54,090 nucleotides of DNA, from positions 1 to 54,090 of the forward strand of contig JAQUQQ010000002.1 in assembly GCA_028716005.1 (NCBI GenBank), written 5' to 3'. Position numbers and translations under genes: made by a program. Shown piece after piece: positions 10,107-19,264 of the stretch (position 1 is the first letter of the stretch; each line of letters begins with the position of its first letter). The notes beneath the pieces are model-generated. The model had not been told where the DNA came from, made no database searches, and saw only the letters and a list, made by a program, of their open reading frames with translations. This DNA comes from Candidatus Moraniibacteriota bacterium (lineage in GTDB: Bacteria > Patescibacteriota > Minisyncoccia > Moranbacterales > UBA11712).

Positions 10107-10138
10107 AAAAGCCGCCCGGGAAATCCGACGGCTTTTTT
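10107..10138 (+). terminator. Hairpin plus T-run
   Basis: aaaagccg-14 nt loop-cggctttt followed by tt. Confidence 0.5.
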
Positions 10139-10412
10139 CATCTCAAGAAATGAAGGGCCTCAAGGAGTTTTGATTTTTTGGCATGCCAAGTGGGAGCTTG
10201 AGCGCGCGAAAGAAAATCGAACTTCTCGAGACCCGTATATGGGCGGGGCCGAGTCCGGGTATTGTTCCCGAGCGAGCTTTACTTTCAGCCTTTCTCAACG
10301 GCTGAATTGAAGCATTTTTTGGCCCCGTGTAATGAATTACTACACCAAATAAGGCATTTTTATTTTGAAAAAAATTTCAGAAATCCCGCCGCAATCCGCG
10401 GAGCACGAATTT

Positions 10413-11417
10413 TTACTGAAATATCTCGTTCGCGTGGGCTTCGTAGAGCAAGTGTTGAGAATCTATATTTTCAATTTCTTTTTCGATATTCGCAATGCTT
10501 TTGCCATCAATTGAATCGAGGCCGAGAGCTTTGAGACCGTTCACCGTCATCATTCGGATAGCAACTTTGGCGGAAATTTTTCTGGGGTCGTTTTCCGTTC
10601 CTTTCTGGAGAAGCGCGGCGAATTTGCCCGCCTCCCAGACATCCAACCGGTTGGAGCTTGCCGCGCCGTCCGTGCCAATTGCGACTGTGATTCCAGCTTC
10701 ATGCATTTTCGCCACCGGTGCTATCCCTGAACCTAATTTCAAATTGCTGATAGGACAATGCACGACTTTCGACCCTCGTTTGGCGATAATTTGAATATCT
10801 TCGTCCGTGAGCCAGACGCAATGGGCGAGAATTGTTTTTTCGTTCAAGAGTCCGCGCTTATCGGCATAGCCGACCGGCGTCAGCTTGTTTTTGGCCATGC
10901 AATCGTCAAACTCTCTTTTCGTCTCTGCGAGGTGCGCATGAATCGGGGCATCGTATTTTTTGGCAAGTTTTGCCGCCCTTTCAAGTTTTTTTTCACCCAC
11001 CGTGAAGATTGAATGAGGAGCTACCGCCACTTTCACGAATTTATTGTTTTTGTATTTTTTCAACAGGCGTTCCGTGATTTCGAAAGCTTCCTCCGTTTTT
11101 TTGTAGCTCGGCGAAGGAAAATCAAGAATAGCTTCTCCGACAAGAACGTGCATACCGAGTTCTTCGGCGGCTCTCGCGACTTGGTCTTCAAAAAAATACA
11201 TATCCGCAAACGCTCTGATGCCGTTTTTTTTCATCTCGGCTATCGCCGCCTTCGTGTTTTTATAGACAAAATCGTGATTAACATTTTTTTTCTCCAGCGG
11301 CCAGATGTGGTCATTCAGCCATTCATGGAGCGAAAGGTCTTCCGCCACTCCGCGAAACGCCACCATCGCCGCGTGAGTATGCGCGTTGACTAAAGGCAAT
11401 TTTGCGATTTTTTTCAT
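10413..11417 (-). CDS. Amidohydrolase (MTA/SAH deaminase or guanine deaminase-like, short form)
   Basis: 334 aa. Metal-binding LVNAHTHAAM near the N-terminus, HLAET, VHCPISN, GTDGAAS. Confidence 0.8.
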   Translation of the reverse strand: MKKIAKLPLVNAHTHAAMVAFRGVAEDLSLHEWLNDHIWPLEKKNVNHDFVYKNTKAAIAEMKKNGIRAFADMYFFEDQVARAAEELGMHVLVGEAILDFPSPSYKKTEEAFEITERLLKKYKNNKFVKVAVAPHSIFTVGEKKLERAAKLAKKYDAPIHAHLAETKREFDDCMAKNKLTPVGYADKRGLLNEKTILAHCVWLTDEDIQIIAKRGSKVVHCPISNLKLGSGIAPVAKMHEAGITVAIGTDGAASSNRLDVWEAGKFAALLQKGTENDPRKISAKVAIRMMTVNGLKALGLDSIDGKSIANIEKEIENIDSQHLLYEAHANEIFQ

Positions 11418-11612
11418 GAGTTATAATTTACCGTCCTAAATATTCTTCCACAAAAATACGCAGAAGGAAAATCGTATAATATTTAAATATATATAACATT
11501 CTCACATTCTCAAGAATATGAGAATATTGTATTTGTGAAAGCTTTAGCGGAATTGCTCACCTTATCACGTAATTCCGCCCCTATCCTATCCCGAAACGGA
11601 GGTTTTTTCAAG

Positions 11613-11636
11613 AAAAAATGGGGTGTCATCCCCATT
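11613..11636 (-). terminator. Weak hairpin terminator after SHOCT gene
   Basis: On the minus strand, aatgggg-atgaca-ccccatt followed by tttttt. Confidence 0.45.
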
Positions 11637-11661
11637 CCCTTTTTGATCCCGAACAGCTTAG

Positions 11662-11919
11662 TTATTCCAGGTCTTTTTTCATTTTTTCAAAATCCTCTTT
11701 AGAAATCTCCCCTTTGGCGTAACGTTCTTTGAGAATATCGAGAGCTTTATTTTCTTTGCCTTTCTGTTCATCAAGACCATGCCACCCGCACCCGTGGCGA
11801 CCCGAGAGACCGCGGATCAAAGCCATAACCACGAAAAATATCAAAACCCAAAAAATGAGCATGAAAACGAAACCGAAACCAAAGCCGAGCCCTCCCATAT
11901 GTCCATAATATCCCATCAT
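11662..11919 (-). CDS. SHOCT-domain membrane protein
   Basis: 85 aa. N-terminal TM helix; C-terminal ...LKERYAKGEISKEDFEKMKKDLE. Confidence 0.7.
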   Translation of the reverse strand: MMGYYGHMGGLGFGFGFVFMLIFWVLIFFVVMALIRGLSGRHGCGWHGLDEQKGKENKALDILKERYAKGEISKEDFEKMKKDLE

Positions 11920-11992
11920 ATATTTTTATTACTGTTTACCCTATTTAATACGCTTCGGATATTTCTTTTTTTCAAGCGCCATATTCGCCAAA

Positions 11993-12040
11993 CAAAAAAG
12001 CCCCGAAGGAACCGCCCGCTGCCGGGAAGTTCCTCCGAGG
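11993..12040 (-). terminator. Rho-independent terminator of argG-like gene
   Basis: The minus-strand RNA folds cctcggaggaac/gttccttcgggg (12 bp including 2 G-U) followed by ctttttt. The plus-strand version has true mismatches, so it is strand specific. Confidence 0.75.
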
Positions 12041-12050
12041 ATTGAGATTG

Positions 12051-13307
12051 TCAAGGGATCTCGACCTGGCCCGCATGATGCCGAGTTTCAGGCAGAAGGC
12101 ACTCAATCTCGAGCCACGGTTCCGACCAGGCCTGATTGAAGCCACCCCCGCTTTCAAAGGTTACGTTGCCCCGGTCATACAGGGAATATGGCACATCCTT
12201 CATCCCTCTGTATTCCGCATTGCCTTTGAACAGTTCGAACGAAACAGTGCCAGTCACGAACTTGGCATAATAGTCAAAAAAGGCGAGTTTGCCGTTAACC
12301 ATGGGACTGAACCATTCTGCCGAGTAGATCTCCCATGCCAGCGCCTGCGACATGTTATTAAAAGATGCACGGGTCTGACGGTCCATGACGACCTGGAGGA
12401 TGGCGTCGTATACCTTTTGGAGAATTTTTAGAGCCGCGTGCTCATATACGCCGCGACATTTCAGATCCCCGAAATACCGATCCTCGAACATATCCACGAC
12501 GCCATACCCATGGGGGCCGCAGATATCATTCAGCCGGTTAACGAGTTCGAAAAGGTTTTCAATGCGCCGGCCATCGATGTGGGTCGGCCACCCCTTTTCA
12601 AAGGTGATGGTGACTAACTGCGAATGATCCAGGCCGTTCTTGGGATGAACTGACATGGCCAATTTGACGAAATCAGTCGGCGTAAGCGCTTCTCCCAGCT
12701 GCCTCCCTTCCCAGGTGCATCCCCAGACATTCTTGTCGGAGGAACAGGGCTCTTTGGGGTCGGACGTAATGTGCAGACCTTTGCCAACGCAATGATCGAA
12801 CATCTCCTGGCGACCCGGAAATTTTGCACGGAACGGTTCCCAGTTCCAGGGACCAATGACTTTGATGGTGGGGCATAACATCCTCATGCCCTTTTTGAAG
12901 CGCGTCTGGTCATTCCCTTTGGGCGTAGCACCGTGCGCCATGAACCCGCCGTTGTCCATCCCCCTCTTCGTCATTTCCTGCCAGGCAAGATAATCCTTCA
13001 CCGCTCTAGCCAGAGCCGTGGAAAGGCCGTATCCGGAACCATAAACTGCCAAGGGCCGTATGAGCCCGCGGACCCCCCATTTGCAGAGAAGATCACGGCC
13101 GTCGAGGATTATGGCATCCACGGCACCAGCGTCTTTCATGTAGCCGGTTAGCTCTTGCATATCTTCTCCGGCCTGACCGAGATCAACCAGACCCGCTGTC
13201 ACCCTGGCCTTCACTTCTTTGGCCAGATAGTCGATGATCGTCATCGTGTCTAGGCCGCCGGAGGCTAACAAAAAAATATTACGGTTTTCCAGAAATGCTA
13301 GGTTCAT
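12051..13307 (-). CDS. argG: Argininosuccinate synthase family protein (divergent)
   Basis: 418 aa, colinear with ArgG. ASGGLDT P-loop, HGATPKGNDQTRFK, IKVIGPWNWE, SSDKNVWGCTWEG, FEDRYFGDLKCRGVYE, FELFKGN. SD aaggag lies 7 nt upstream. Confidence 0.75.
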   Translation of the reverse strand: MNLAFLENRNIFLLASGGLDTMTIIDYLAKEVKARVTAGLVDLGQAGEDMQELTGYMKDAGAVDAIILDGRDLLCKWGVRGLIRPLAVYGSGYGLSTALARAVKDYLAWQEMTKRGMDNGGFMAHGATPKGNDQTRFKKGMRMLCPTIKVIGPWNWEPFRAKFPGRQEMFDHCVGKGLHITSDPKEPCSSDKNVWGCTWEGRQLGEALTPTDFVKLAMSVHPKNGLDHSQLVTITFEKGWPTHIDGRRIENLFELVNRLNDICGPHGYGVVDMFEDRYFGDLKCRGVYEHAALKILQKVYDAILQVVMDRQTRASFNNMSQALAWEIYSAEWFSPMVNGKLAFFDYYAKFVTGTVSFELFKGNAEYRGMKDVPYSLYDRGNVTFESGGGFNQAWSEPWLEIECLLPETRHHAGQVEIP

Positions 13308-13397
13308 AATCCTGCTCCTTTTGCCAAAGATTTTTCACCCCTCGCTGGGGTGGTTTTTCCACAAGTTTTGAATGTTATCAAAACATTTGGTGCTTAT

Positions 13398-13427
13398 TTG
13401 ATAGCAGAAATTGCGAGTGATAGTCAA
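13398..13427 (-). promoter_or_regulatory. Candidate promoter for argG-like gene
   Basis: Minus strand reads ttgact-18 nt-tatcaa, followed by the 5'UTR hairpin cacccc-agcga-ggggtg. Confidence 0.35.
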
Positions 13428-13428
13428 A

Positions 13429-13462
13429 TAAAAAACCGCAGGCGAACTTCTGCCACCTGCGG
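13429..13462 (-). terminator. Rho-independent terminator
   Basis: Minus strand reads ccgcagg-13 nt-cctgcgg followed by tttttt. Confidence 0.7.
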
Positions 13463-13487
13463 CGCATTCACGAACAATTTGGACGCA

Positions 13488-13997
13488 TTATAGTATTTCT
13501 TTAACGCCAACCACCTCGATCTTGTCCAATTCCCCCGGCGCAATGTGGTTGAAACACGCGGCCAGCTGCTTCAGCCAGAGTTTCTTTTTTTCGACAGTTT
13601 CCTCCGAGGTGTAGACCCACAGCCGATGGAATCCGTTGTAGACTGACAAAGTTGTTACATCCCCGTTTTCGGGGCAGAGCACGTCAACAGCATACCGAAT
13701 CGGTATCATTACCCGGGCACTGACACCAAACTTGTCCAGTTGGTCCTGGACTTTGAGCTGGTTTAATTCAAGAATGTCCCGAGCAGCCTGCCTCTGCCGA
13801 AAAGTTTTCATTTTACGACCCATCGGGCCAAAGTCAATGTCCCAGCCCATCTTTCTGAAGTGTTCGTTGATGTCATGGCCACCCCCGGGAAGAACAACCA
13901 ATGAGTATTTTTCCGAATTCTTACGCATATGTTCGTAAACCCCGGGATGCTCCAGCAATCTCCCACCGATTTTCGCAAAACCATTGAGCTTTGCCAT
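13488..13997 (-). CDS. Hypothetical 169-aa protein with amino-acid-kinase-like N-terminal motifs
   Basis: ORF 13488-14084 trimmed to the ATG at 13997 (MAKLNGFAKIGG), preceded by SD gaggaggg. FAKIGGRLL and LVVLPGGGHDINEHF resemble the AAK N-lobe, but the protein is much shorter. Confidence 0.45.
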   Translation of the reverse strand: MAKLNGFAKIGGRLLEHPGVYEHMRKNSEKYSLVVLPGGGHDINEHFRKMGWDIDFGPMGRKMKTFRQRQAARDILELNQLKVQDQLDKFGVSARVMIPIRYAVDVLCPENGDVTTLSVYNGFHRLWVYTSEETVEKKKLWLKQLAACFNHIAPGELDKIEVVGVKEIL

Positions 13998-14198
13998 AAG
14001 TTCAGCCCTCCTCAAGGCTGTTTTAGCAATAATATATTGGTAAAGAAGTGGATACAAAATAGCGCAGATGGAGATATTTATCAAGAAAAATATTCGTTGC
14101 GAAAGAGGTAATCCTTATCATTGCTATTTGAGTATTCAATCGGTTGTAATCTACGGCTTATTATAGTAAGATTTCAAAAAAGTGCCTGGAGGGACCAT

Positions 14199-14561
14199 AT
14201 GGGACGAAGAATTGCGAGAAGATTGGCTGGCGATCTGACAGTTAAAGATCCCAACGGGAAAAAATTTACCGGTTATATTGACTTCTCTAGACGGGCGAAA
14301 AACCAAAAAGGGCCCTACAACTTGATCTGGGAAGACGGAAAGAGCGGCTGTCTGATTCTCAATGCGAGAACCAGCTTCCGGAGGCCATACCGCAGACTGG
14401 AGTGCCAGGTCAAGCCGCCGGATGGCAGGCAGGAAGACGCCATCTGTTTCTGTCTTCCCTATCCCGAGAATATCGACACCAGCTGGGCAACGGGACAGCA
14501 CCTTACTACGGGGCAGTTTGTGTCATGGTCCGCTTTTCTCAAGGCAGATTATCGGGGATGA
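14199..14561 (+). CDS. Hypothetical basic 120-aa protein
   Basis: ORF 14121-14561 trimmed to the ATG at 14199 (MGRRIARRLAG), preceded by SD ggaggg. Divergent from the 169-aa gene. Confidence 0.5.
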   Translation: MGRRIARRLAGDLTVKDPNGKKFTGYIDFSRRAKNQKGPYNLIWEDGKSGCLILNARTSFRRPYRRLECQVKPPDGRQEDAICFCLPYPENIDTSWATGQHLTTGQFVSWSAFLKADYRG

Positions 14562-14584
14562 CAACATGGCCCCCCTATTCATGC

Positions 14585-14612
14585 AAAGGCGCGCCTTCGG
14601 GTGTCGCCTTTT
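14585..14612 (+). terminator. Rho-independent terminator
   Basis: aaaggcgcgcc-ttcg-ggtgtcgccttt followed by a T/A-rich run. Confidence 0.7.
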
Positions 14613-14617
14613 AATTT

Positions 14618-14659
14618 AATACTAGATACAAGATACTAAATACAATATACTAGATATAT
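14618..14659. repeat. Heptanucleotide array, GTAT/ATAC family, 6 units
   Basis: aatacta gatacaa gatacta aatacaa tatacta gatatat; the last unit contains the lgt ATG (14658). Confidence 0.85.
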
Positions 14660-15494
14660 GCTACAAACCTGGCAAAATATTCCCGCGCATCTGAACCCGA
14701 TCGCTTTCAGCATCGGGCCGATACAAGTTTCCTGGTATGGGATCATGTATGTCGTTGCTTTCGCTGTTGTTTATTACCTTGTCCGCTATCGGATTCGAAC
14801 GGAAAAATTGGGGATTTCCTTTGAAACGGTCCGGGATTTTTTTCCGTGGGCGATTGTCGGACTTCTTGTCGGGGCGCGGCTGGGAGATGTCTTCATATAC
14901 GACTGGGCTTATTTCCAAAATCATCTCTCGCAAATTTTTCTCCCGTTTGATATCCACAACCACTGGCAATATATCGGAATTTACGGCATGAGCTATTTCG
15001 GCGGCCTCGTCGGCCTTGCGATTGTATTTTATATTTTTTGCCGCGCGCGAAAAATTAATCTTTTACAATTCAGCGACCTCTTCGCTCCCGCTGTCCCGCT
15101 CGCCTTCACCTTCGGCCGACTGGGAAACTTCATAAACGGCGAACTCTGGGGCCGCCTCACGAATAAATTCTGGGGAATGTATTTTCCTGCTGATTTTTCC
15201 GCGCGGCTCCGCCACCCATCCCAACTTTATGAAGCTTTTCTCGAGGGAATTTTATTATTTATTATTTTATGGAGTATTCGGAAAATCAAATTCCCCGTTG
15301 GCCATCTCACCGCTTTTTATTTGATAGGCTACGGAACAGCCCGCTTCACCGCCGAATTCTTCCGCGAGCCGGACAACGGCTGGTATTTCTGGTCGCTCAC
15401 TTTTGGGCAGTGGCTTTCTATTTTTCTCGCAATATTTGGGATATCCCTGTTTTTTCGGATAAAATCACCCGAAAATCAGCCGGAACTTCACTAA
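14658..15494 (+). CDS. lgt: Prolipoprotein diacylglyceryl transferase
   Basis: 278 aa multi-pass. IGPIQVSWYGIMYVVAF, FGRLGNFINGELWGR. Confidence 0.9.
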   Translation: MLQTWQNIPAHLNPIAFSIGPIQVSWYGIMYVVAFAVVYYLVRYRIRTEKLGISFETVRDFFPWAIVGLLVGARLGDVFIYDWAYFQNHLSQIFLPFDIHNHWQYIGIYGMSYFGGLVGLAIVFYIFCRARKINLLQFSDLFAPAVPLAFTFGRLGNFINGELWGRLTNKFWGMYFPADFSARLRHPSQLYEAFLEGILLFIILWSIRKIKFPVGHLTAFYLIGYGTARFTAEFFREPDNGWYFWSLTFGQWLSIFLAIFGISLFFRIKSPENQPELH

Positions 15495-15546
15495 AAAGAC
15501 ATTTTGTGCTATACAAATAAAACGCCCCTTTTTCTTGTATAAATCT

Positions 15547-17718
15547 ATGGCGAACAATAAATTTGTAAAGCAATTTCCAGTGACGCGCTTGAGAACCGGT
15601 ATGATGCAAATTGGCCTGGTTTTGGCCATTTTGTTTCTCATTGCCAAATTCAATTATCTCCTTTTCCACGTTTTGGTGGAATTTTCCGGCACGGCGATTA
15701 GCCTCGCAATTTTTCTCTTGGCCTGGAACGCCAGAAAATTCTCGAAAAACAATTACTATCTTTTTTTCGGAATGGCTTTTCTGGCTTCGGGAACAATCAG
15801 TTTGATTCACGCCCTCACTTATCGGGGAATGGGAGTAGTGGCAGAAACAACAAATGACTCCAATATTGCCACCCAACTCTGGCTCGCCAATCAGTATATT
15901 CTGGCCGCCACTTTTGTCATCGCCCCTTTTCTTTTGGGAAAGCGATTGAAATCCCAGTCCATTATCTTGAGTTATTTGGCCGCGTTAGTCTTTGCGCTGG
16001 TGGCTATTTTTTATTGGAAAATTTTTCCTGTTGCCTATGCGGAAGGAACCGGCCTCACCCCTTTCAAAAAAATCAGCGAATATGCCGTGGCCTTTTCCTT
16101 TCTTCTTTCGCTATTTTTTTTCTGGAAGCGCCAAGACCTCATGGAAAAAAGATTTTTTCATCTGGTTGCCGTCACCCTTTCTCTTTTCTTTTTTTCCACT
16201 ATTTCTTTCACGCTTTATGTCGGAGTGTATAGTTTTCCGAACGAACTTGGCCATCTTTTGCGGGTTTTGGCTTTTTACGTGAGTTACCTGGCTTTGGTTG
16301 AATACGGGCTGATGAGACCCTACCATTCGATGTTCCGGGAATTGAGTGAGAGCGAAAAAGTGTTGAAAGAAGCCAAGGACGAGTGGGAGCGGACCTTTGA
16401 CAGTGTTCCGGATTTGATTGCTATTCTCGACACCAAACACACAATCAGAAGAGTGAACCGCGCCATGGCGGAAAGGCTGGGAACATCGGAAGGGAAATGC
16501 GTCGGTCTTCACTGCTACAGCTGCGTGCACGGAAGCAAAGAGCCCATTGCCTCCTGTCCGCATTCGCTAACCTTGAAGGATAAGAAAGAACACATCGCGG
16601 AAGTGGAAGAAGAAAATCTTGGCGGAACATTCCTTGTCAGCACCACGCCTTTTTTTGACGATGACGGCAAACTGATCGGTTCCGTTCATGTCGCCCGTGA
16701 CATCACCGAACGAAAGAAAATGGAAGATAAAATGGCCGATTTGGCCAAATTCCCCGATGAAAATCCGAATCCTGTTCTGAGAATGGATAAATCCGGAAAA
16801 ATACTGTATCAAAACCCGGCCGCAAATAAATTGTTTTCCGGACTGAACGAAAGCGAGAAAAAAAATGTCACGTTCAGCTGGAAAAAAGAGGTGGAAAAAG
16901 CGATAACGCACGAAAGCGAAATGACGTCTGAACTTCTTGTCGGAGAAAAATATTTTTCCGTGATGGTCGCTCCGATAAAAGGATATTCATACGCCAATTT
17001 GTATCCTATGGATATAACGGAGAGGAAGAGGATGGAGATGGCCAAAGACGAATTCATTTCCCTGGCTTCCCACCAGCTGCGAACTCCCCTCGCGAGCATC
17101 AGCCTATCTTCAGAATTGCTTTTGAGAGGAATCAGCGGAAAAATGGATCCCGGGCAGAAAGAAAGCCTTGAAGATATTCACAAATCCATCAAGAAAATGT
17201 CCCTTCTCGTGAGCAACCTTCTCAATGTTTCCCGGGTGGAGATGGGAAATTTCGAAATCAATCCAGAAACGCTGCCCATTTCACATATCGTTGAGGATAC
17301 GATAAAAGATTTTCTGCCCCTCTTCGAGGAAAAAAAGTTGAAGCTCGAAACAAAGATTGGAAAAGAAATCGCCATCCGGAATTTCGACGCGAACAGCTTC
17401 AATATTATTTTCCAGAATCTGCTTTCGAACGCGATCCGGTATACGCCCAAAAGTGGCTCAGTTTCCATTTCCCTCAAGAGAGATGAGAGTGGCATTTTGC
17501 TTTCCGTGGCGGACAGCGGGATTGGAATTCCGGAGGAAGATGCCAAGAAAATTTTTTCAAAATCATACCGCGCAGCCAATGCCCGAAGAAAAACCTCTGA
17601 AGGCGCTGGGCTTGGCCTTTATATGGTGAAAATCGCCTCGGAGCGCGGCGGAGGCAAAATCTGGTTTGAATCCCAAGAAGGGAAAGGAACAACTTTTTTC
17701 GTCTTATTTCCCGAGTAA
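15547..17718 (+). CDS. Sensor histidine kinase with multi-pass membrane sensor domain and PAS domains
   Basis: ORF 15535-17718, ATG at 15547. About 7 TM helices; H-box FISLASHQLRTPL, N-box NLLSNAIRYT, DSGIGI, GAGLGL. Confidence 0.87.
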   Translation: MANNKFVKQFPVTRLRTGMMQIGLVLAILFLIAKFNYLLFHVLVEFSGTAISLAIFLLAWNARKFSKNNYYLFFGMAFLASGTISLIHALTYRGMGVVAETTNDSNIATQLWLANQYILAATFVIAPFLLGKRLKSQSIILSYLAALVFALVAIFYWKIFPVAYAEGTGLTPFKKISEYAVAFSFLLSLFFFWKRQDLMEKRFFHLVAVTLSLFFFSTISFTLYVGVYSFPNELGHLLRVLAFYVSYLALVEYGLMRPYHSMFRELSESEKVLKEAKDEWERTFDSVPDLIAILDTKHTIRRVNRAMAERLGTSEGKCVGLHCYSCVHGSKEPIASCPHSLTLKDKKEHIAEVEEENLGGTFLVSTTPFFDDDGKLIGSVHVARDITERKKMEDKMADLAKFPDENPNPVLRMDKSGKILYQNPAANKLFSGLNESEKKNVTFSWKKEVEKAITHESEMTSELLVGEKYFSVMVAPIKGYSYANLYPMDITERKRMEMAKDEFISLASHQLRTPLASISLSSELLLRGISGKMDPGQKESLEDIHKSIKKMSLLVSNLLNVSRVEMGNFEINPETLPISHIVEDTIKDFLPLFEEKKLKLETKIGKEIAIRNFDANSFNIIFQNLLSNAIRYTPKSGSVSISLKRDESGILLSVADSGIGIPEEDAKKIFSKSYRAANARRKTSEGAGLGLYMVKIASERGGGKIWFESQEGKGTTFFVLFPE

Positions 17719-17749
17719 TATATTTTTCAAAACGATAAAATTGGGAACA

Positions 17750-17778
17750 AAAAACCCCGACGCGACGTCGGGGTTTTT
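17750..17778. terminator. Bidirectional terminator between convergent HK and RR genes
   Basis: aaaaaccccgacg-cga-cgtcggggttttt. Confidence 0.85.
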
Positions 17779-17791
17779 CTTTTTGTTCAGT

Positions 17792-18463
17792 TTATTCATT
17801 CATCCTGTAACCCACGCCCCGCACTGTTTCGATTATTTTTCCCTCCGCGTCGCCGATTTTTCTTCGGAGATTCGTCACATGGACATCCACCACATTGGCA
17901 AAAGAGTCAAAAGCAAAATCCCAGACGTTCGAAAGGATTTGTTCCCTCGAAACTGCCACGTTTTTATTTCGCATCATGTATTCGAGCAGGCTGAATTCTT
18001 TTAGTGTTAGTTTTATTTCTTTTCCATTCCGTTCAATTTTTTTTGTCGCCGGATTCAAAGTTATTTCTCCCGCTTTGAGCTCAAGCGGAAGCGCCGATTT
18101 GGGACGACGGAGAATCGCCCTGATTCTCGCCAAAAGGACATCAAAAGAAAAAGGTTTGGCCAGATAATCGTCCGCCCCCGCGTCAAGGCCGCTCGCGACG
18201 TCCTTTGCGCTGTCACGGGCAGTGAGCATCAGAATGGGCAGGTCGATTTTTTTGGACCGCACCTCGCGGCAAATTTCATCACCGTTTTTTTGGGGCAGCA
18301 TCCAATCGAGAATAACCAGGTCATAGTCTTTGTGATTCATGGAAATCCTTCTTTCGCCCGTTTCTCCGTCAAGAACATAGTCCACCGCAAAGCCTTCCGA
18401 TTCAAGGCCTTTTTTCACAAGCCGCGCCAAATTTTCCTGGTCTTCGACGACGAGAATTCTCAT
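17792..18463 (-). CDS. OmpR/PhoB-family response regulator
   Basis: 223 aa. Receiver domain (ILVVEDQ, DLVILDWMLP) plus winged-helix output (LTLKEFSLLEYMM, VDVHVTNLRRKI). Confidence 0.9.
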   Translation of the reverse strand: MRILVVEDQENLARLVKKGLESEGFAVDYVLDGETGERRISMNHKDYDLVILDWMLPQKNGDEICREVRSKKIDLPILMLTARDSAKDVASGLDAGADDYLAKPFSFDVLLARIRAILRRPKSALPLELKAGEITLNPATKKIERNGKEIKLTLKEFSLLEYMMRNKNVAVSREQILSNVWDFAFDSFANVVDVHVTNLRRKIGDAEGKIIETVRGVGYRMNE

Positions 18464-18513
18464 ATTTTTATTTTATACCTCTTTTTCCCAAAAAATCAAG
18501 GATTTTCTCTTCA

Positions 18514-18550
18514 TGTTCTTAATCTGTTCTTAATGCGCTTTTTATATAAT
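18514..18550 (+). promoter_or_regulatory. Tandem 11-bp direct repeat over the -35 position plus TATAAT: candidate response-regulator box and promoter
   Basis: tgttcttaatc tgttcttaatg (18514-18535), 9 nt, tataat (18545-18550). Lies in the divergent RR / sigma-factor intergenic region. Confidence 0.45.
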
Positions 18551-18575
18551 ACGGGCAAGATTAATATTTTATTTT

Positions 18576-19232
18576 ATGGCCATGAAAACACAACTCCAAC
18601 GAAAAGAAGCAAGAACTTGCCCCTGCGAACTTTCCGAATTCTGCGGAAAGCGCACCGACGAGGAAATAATCGAATTCGCGAAAGTGAACAAAGAATGCTA
18701 TGCCCTTCTTGTCGAAAGATACGAAGCCAAATTGGCGCGGTATATAAAACGCATAAGCAATCCCCCAAAAGAATCCGTCGAAGATATTCTTCAATCCGTC
18801 TTTCTCAAAGTTTATGAAAACTTGAACGCTTTCGACAGCAGCAATAAGTTCTCTTCATGGATATATCGCATCGCTCACAATGAGACCGTCAACTTCTGGC
18901 GAAAAGACAAAAAAAGATCTGAAACTGTTTCACTGGATGCCAATGAATTCTTGAGAAACACCATCGTTGACAGACAGAATATCGGTGAGGAAGTGGCGCA
19001 AAAACTCGACGGGCAAATCATATCGGATATGTTTGGAAGATTGAACCGAAAGCAAAAACAGGCGCTTGACTTGAGATTTGTGAACGAGCTAAGTTATGGC
19101 GAAATAGCAACAAAACTCGGAAAACCCGTGGGAACAGTCGGGACCCTCATCAACCGGGGCAAAAAAATGCTCCGCCTGGAGCTTGAAAAGGTCGGATTTT
19201 CTTCTCGAGTTTCATTCAACAATTCGCAGTAA
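18576..19232 (+). CDS. Sigma-70 family (ECF-like) RNA polymerase sigma factor
   Basis: 218 aa. Region 2 FSSWIYRIAHNETVNFWRK; region 4 LSYGEIATKLGKPVGTVGTLINRGKKML. Confidence 0.8.
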   Translation: MAMKTQLQRKEARTCPCELSEFCGKRTDEEIIEFAKVNKECYALLVERYEAKLARYIKRISNPPKESVEDILQSVFLKVYENLNAFDSSNKFSSWIYRIAHNETVNFWRKDKKRSETVSLDANEFLRNTIVDRQNIGEEVAQKLDGQIISDMFGRLNRKQKQALDLRFVNELSYGEIATKLGKPVGTVGTLINRGKKMLRLELEKVGFSSRVSFNNSQ

Positions 19233-19264
19233 CAGGGAAATATAAAAGAAGGGAGGTGAGAAAA

